Source: Bacillus subtilis subsp. subtilis str. 168
Lineage (GTDB): Bacteria; Bacillota; Bacilli; Bacillales; Bacillaceae
Assembly: GCF_000009045.1 (NCBI RefSeq)
Contig: NC_000964.3
Location: 1,488,001 to 1,552,000 of the forward strand
DNA length: 64,000 nt
Direction: 5' to 3'
The translations under genes and the position numbers were made by a program. The notes below the pieces were generated by a model. The model did no database searches. It was not told the origin of the DNA and saw only the letters and a list, made by a program, of their open reading frames with translations. Shown here piece after piece: positions 61,465-64,000 of the stretch; the first letter of the stretch is position 1; each line of letters begins with the position of its first letter.

Positions 61465-62793
61465 TTGAGTAAAATTTATGTGTTAGATACGAATGTGTTA
61501 TTACAGGATCCTAACGCGATATTTTCTTTTGAAGAAAATGAGGTTGTCATCCCTGCTGTCGTTTTAGAAGAGGTTGATTCAAAAAAACGGTATATGGACG
61601 AAGTTGGGAGGAATGCAAGGCACGTATCTAAGCTAATCGATGCGCTAAGACAAAAGGGCAGGCTGCATGAGCATGTACCGCTTGACACCGGCGGCACACT
61701 GAGAATTGAACTGAATCATCGTTCGTTTCACCAGCTGCAAGAGATCTTTATTGAAAAGACGAACGATAATCGCATATTAGCCGTTGCGAAAAACTTAAGC
61801 CTCGAGGAAGAAACCAAGGAAAATGGCAGGCCGGTTATCCTTGTCAGTAAGGATGTACTGGTCAGGGTTAAAGCCGACGCAATCGGACTGCTTGCTGAAG
61901 ATTTCTTGAATGACCGGGTTGTGGACAATGATGAAATGTACAGCGGCTATAAAGATTTATATATCAGCCAGCAGCTGTTCAGCTCTTTTTACGGGAAAAA
62001 TCAAATTTCAGTAAACGATGTGAAACAGCATGCGTTTTATCCGAATCAGTTTGCTTTAATGAAGGATGAGCTAGGAGGGTCCTCCTCGGCAGTCGGAATT
62101 GCAGACAAAACCGGAACGGTATTAAAAAGACTCGTATTTGATGATGAACATATATGGGGAATCAGGCCGAAAAATGTACAGCAGACAATGGCATTAGAGC
62201 TTTTGCTGCGGGAAGATATTCCGCTTGTCACCCTGATCGGCAAAGCGGGAACCGGCAAAACGCTCTTAGCTTTGGCGGCAGGGCTATTACAGACAGAAGA
62301 CTTGGGAATATATAAAAAGCTGGTCGTCGCAAGGCCGATTGTTCCTGTTGGCAAGGACATCGGGTATTTGCCAGGCGAAAAAGAGGAAAAGCTAAAGCCT
62401 TGGATGCAGCCGATTTTTGACAACTTAGAGTTTCTGTTTAATGCGAAAAAACCAGGGGAGCTTGATGCTATTTTGGCGGGAATTGGCTCAATTCAGGTAG
62501 AGGCGCTGACTTATATCAGAGGGAGAAGCATTCCAGATCAATTTATTATCATTGATGAAGCGCAAAATTTGACCAGGCATGAGGTGAAAACGTTGCTGAC
62601 GAGAGTCGGTGAGGGCAGTAAAATTGTCTTAATGGGCGACCCTGAACAAATTGATCACCCATATTTAGACAGTCTGAACAATGGTTTGGCCTATGTGGTT
62701 GAGCGGTTTAAAGGACAACCCATCTCAGGCAGCGTGAAGCTGTTAAAAGGTGAGAGATCAGGTCTCGCCCAGCTTGCAGCTGATTTGCTGTAA
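61465..62793 (+). CDS. ylaK: PhoH2-like protein (PIN RNase domain plus PhoH ATPase)
   Basis: YVLDTNVLL, VLEEVD, NDNRIL, SKD; GKAGTGKT, RGRS, DEAQN and GDPEQID. Confidence 0.9.
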   Translation: MSKIYVLDTNVLLQDPNAIFSFEENEVVIPAVVLEEVDSKKRYMDEVGRNARHVSKLIDALRQKGRLHEHVPLDTGGTLRIELNHRSFHQLQEIFIEKTNDNRILAVAKNLSLEEETKENGRPVILVSKDVLVRVKADAIGLLAEDFLNDRVVDNDEMYSGYKDLYISQQLFSSFYGKNQISVNDVKQHAFYPNQFALMKDELGGSSSAVGIADKTGTVLKRLVFDDEHIWGIRPKNVQQTMALELLLREDIPLVTLIGKAGTGKTLLALAAGLLQTEDLGIYKKLVVARPIVPVGKDIGYLPGEKEEKLKPWMQPIFDNLEFLFNAKKPGELDAILAGIGSIQVEALTYIRGRSIPDQFIIIDEAQNLTRHEVKTLLTRVGEGSKIVLMGDPEQIDHPYLDSLNNGLAYVVERFKGQPISGSVKLLKGERSGLAQLAADLL

Positions 62794-62796
62794 CAC

Positions 62797-63282
62797 TTAA
62801 ATGATTTCGATCTCTTTTACATCGGTAATCGGCTGTTTGTGATGAACCGGGTCTTCAAAGTAAATATGCACGGGGCCGCCTTCTTGAATCGGCTTGCCTG
62901 CCTCACTGAAATGGACAATACTGTTCAGAGCGGTTTCCAGAGAAACGGCGGCCTTTCCCGAACTTGTGACAAATACACATTGTGTCGCAGAGCTGTTCGG
63001 CTCAGCATTTTTCAGGACAGTCCCAAGTCTCATTGCGAAACTGCCGTTCATCAGTTTTTGCTTCTCATATTGCTTTTCCGTCTTTAATGTAGGCGGCGCG
63101 ATTCGCCCCTCTCTGATGACGCGTTCCGGATCAAGGTCGGATTCATCCCCGGCTGATTGTAAATATGTGTCTTGACTGTCCCCTTTGCGGTCAAACGAAA
63201 ATTTGCGATCATCAAAAATCCATACGCTTGGATCAATGGTAATTGGATATGTAACATTGCCTTTTACTTGGATAACGCTCAT
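62797..63282 (-). CDS. ylaL: Uncharacterised protein, possible molybdopterin-oxidoreductase-like fold
   Basis: 161 aa from ATG 63282 after GAAGGGGG. Confidence 0.8.
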
Positions 63283-63384
63283 GATATGACCCCCTTCTCT
63301 CAAAATTATAAAAGTTTTCGCATGAATTGTCACTTTGTGTACAAATTATGTGTATTGAAATGCTGAGGGAACGAGGGTGTTTGC

Positions 63385-64000
63385 ATGGTATGCCAGCATA
63401 ATGATGAGCTTGAAGCCTTAGTGAAAAAGGCGAAAAAAGTAACGGACAAGGGGGAGGTAGCCAGCTATATTCCCGCCTTGGCAAAAGCTGATAAACACGA
63501 CCTGTCAGTGGCGATTTATTATTCCAATAATGTTTGTCTGTCAGCAGGTGACGTAGAAAAAACATTTACGCTTCAAAGTATATCGAAAGTCCTTTCCCTT
63601 GCTTTGGTGTTAATGGAATACGGCAAAGATAAGGTCTTCAGTTATGTTGGACAGGAGCCGACCGGTGATCCGTTTAATTCAATTATCAAGCTCGAAACAG
63701 TGAATCCGAGCAAGCCGTTAAACCCTATGATTAATGCCGGGGCATTGGTAGTGACAAGTCTGATAAGGGGAAGAACGGTAAAAGAGAGACTTGATTATTT
63801 GCTTTCTTTTATCAGAAGGCTGACAAACAACCAAGAGATTACATACTGCCGGGAAGTGGCTGAATCTGAATACAGCACTTCAATGATTAATCGGGCGATG
63901 TGTTATTATATGAAGCAGTACGGCATTTTTGAAGATGATGTAGAGGCAGTAATGGATTTATATACGAAGCAATGCGCGATTGAGATGAACAGCTTGGATT
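63385..64000 (+). CDS. glsB: Glutaminase (YlaM), 3'-truncated by window edge
   Basis: Hand-translated MVCQHND...GEVASYIPAL...FTLQSISK; absent from the ORF track because there is no stop codon in the window. Confidence 0.92.
   Translation, partial: MVCQHNDELEALVKKAKKVTDKGEVASYIPALAKADKHDLSVAIYYSNNVCLSAGDVEKTFTLQSISKVLSLALVLMEYGKDKVFSYVGQEPTGDPFNSIIKLETVNPSKPLNPMINAGALVVTSLIRGRTVKERLDYLLSFIRRLTNNQEITYCREVAESEYSTSMINRAMCYYMKQYGIFEDDVEAVMDLYTKQCAIEMNSLD

Overview
This window is core chromosome of Bacillus subtilis (168-like; identity inferred from recognisable proteins and gene order), running from the 3' end of ykuO to the 5' part of glsB/ylaM. It holds ykuP, dapH-dapL, ykuS/ykuT, ahpA-ahpT, rok, yknT, the Moco cluster mobA-moeB-moeA-mobB-moaE-moaD, the ABC systems yknUV and yknWXYZ, and fruRKA. 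It continues with sipT, ykoA, the ABC-F gene ykpA, ykpB, ampS, mreBH-ykpC, abh, kinC-ykqA-ktrC, adeC, rpoY-rnjA, ykrA, defB, ykyA and pdhABCD. The last part has slp, the dual-function sRNA SR1/SR1P, speA, yktA-D, ykzI, suhB, ykzC, nprE, the ECF-sigma locus ylaABCD, ylaE-ylaL with typA, and glsB (partial). I saw no rRNA, tRNA, CRISPR array, IS, prophage or integrase. Several ORF-track starts were shortened to the codon that follows a Shine-Dalgarno site. Four small CDSs are not called as such in the ORF track: SR1P, a YjcZ-type peptide, YkpC (embedded in a longer 87-aa call), and a 23-aa basic ORF upstream of rpoY. The most interesting observations are that 23-aa ORF, YlaB as a metal-free paralogue of the anti-sigma YlaD, the Phr-like YkpC, the hairpin and tandem promoters in the yktD leader, the 3x45-aa repeat in YlaE and the Moco-oxidoreductase-like fold of YlaL. 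No database searches were run; family assignments rest on motifs and recall.
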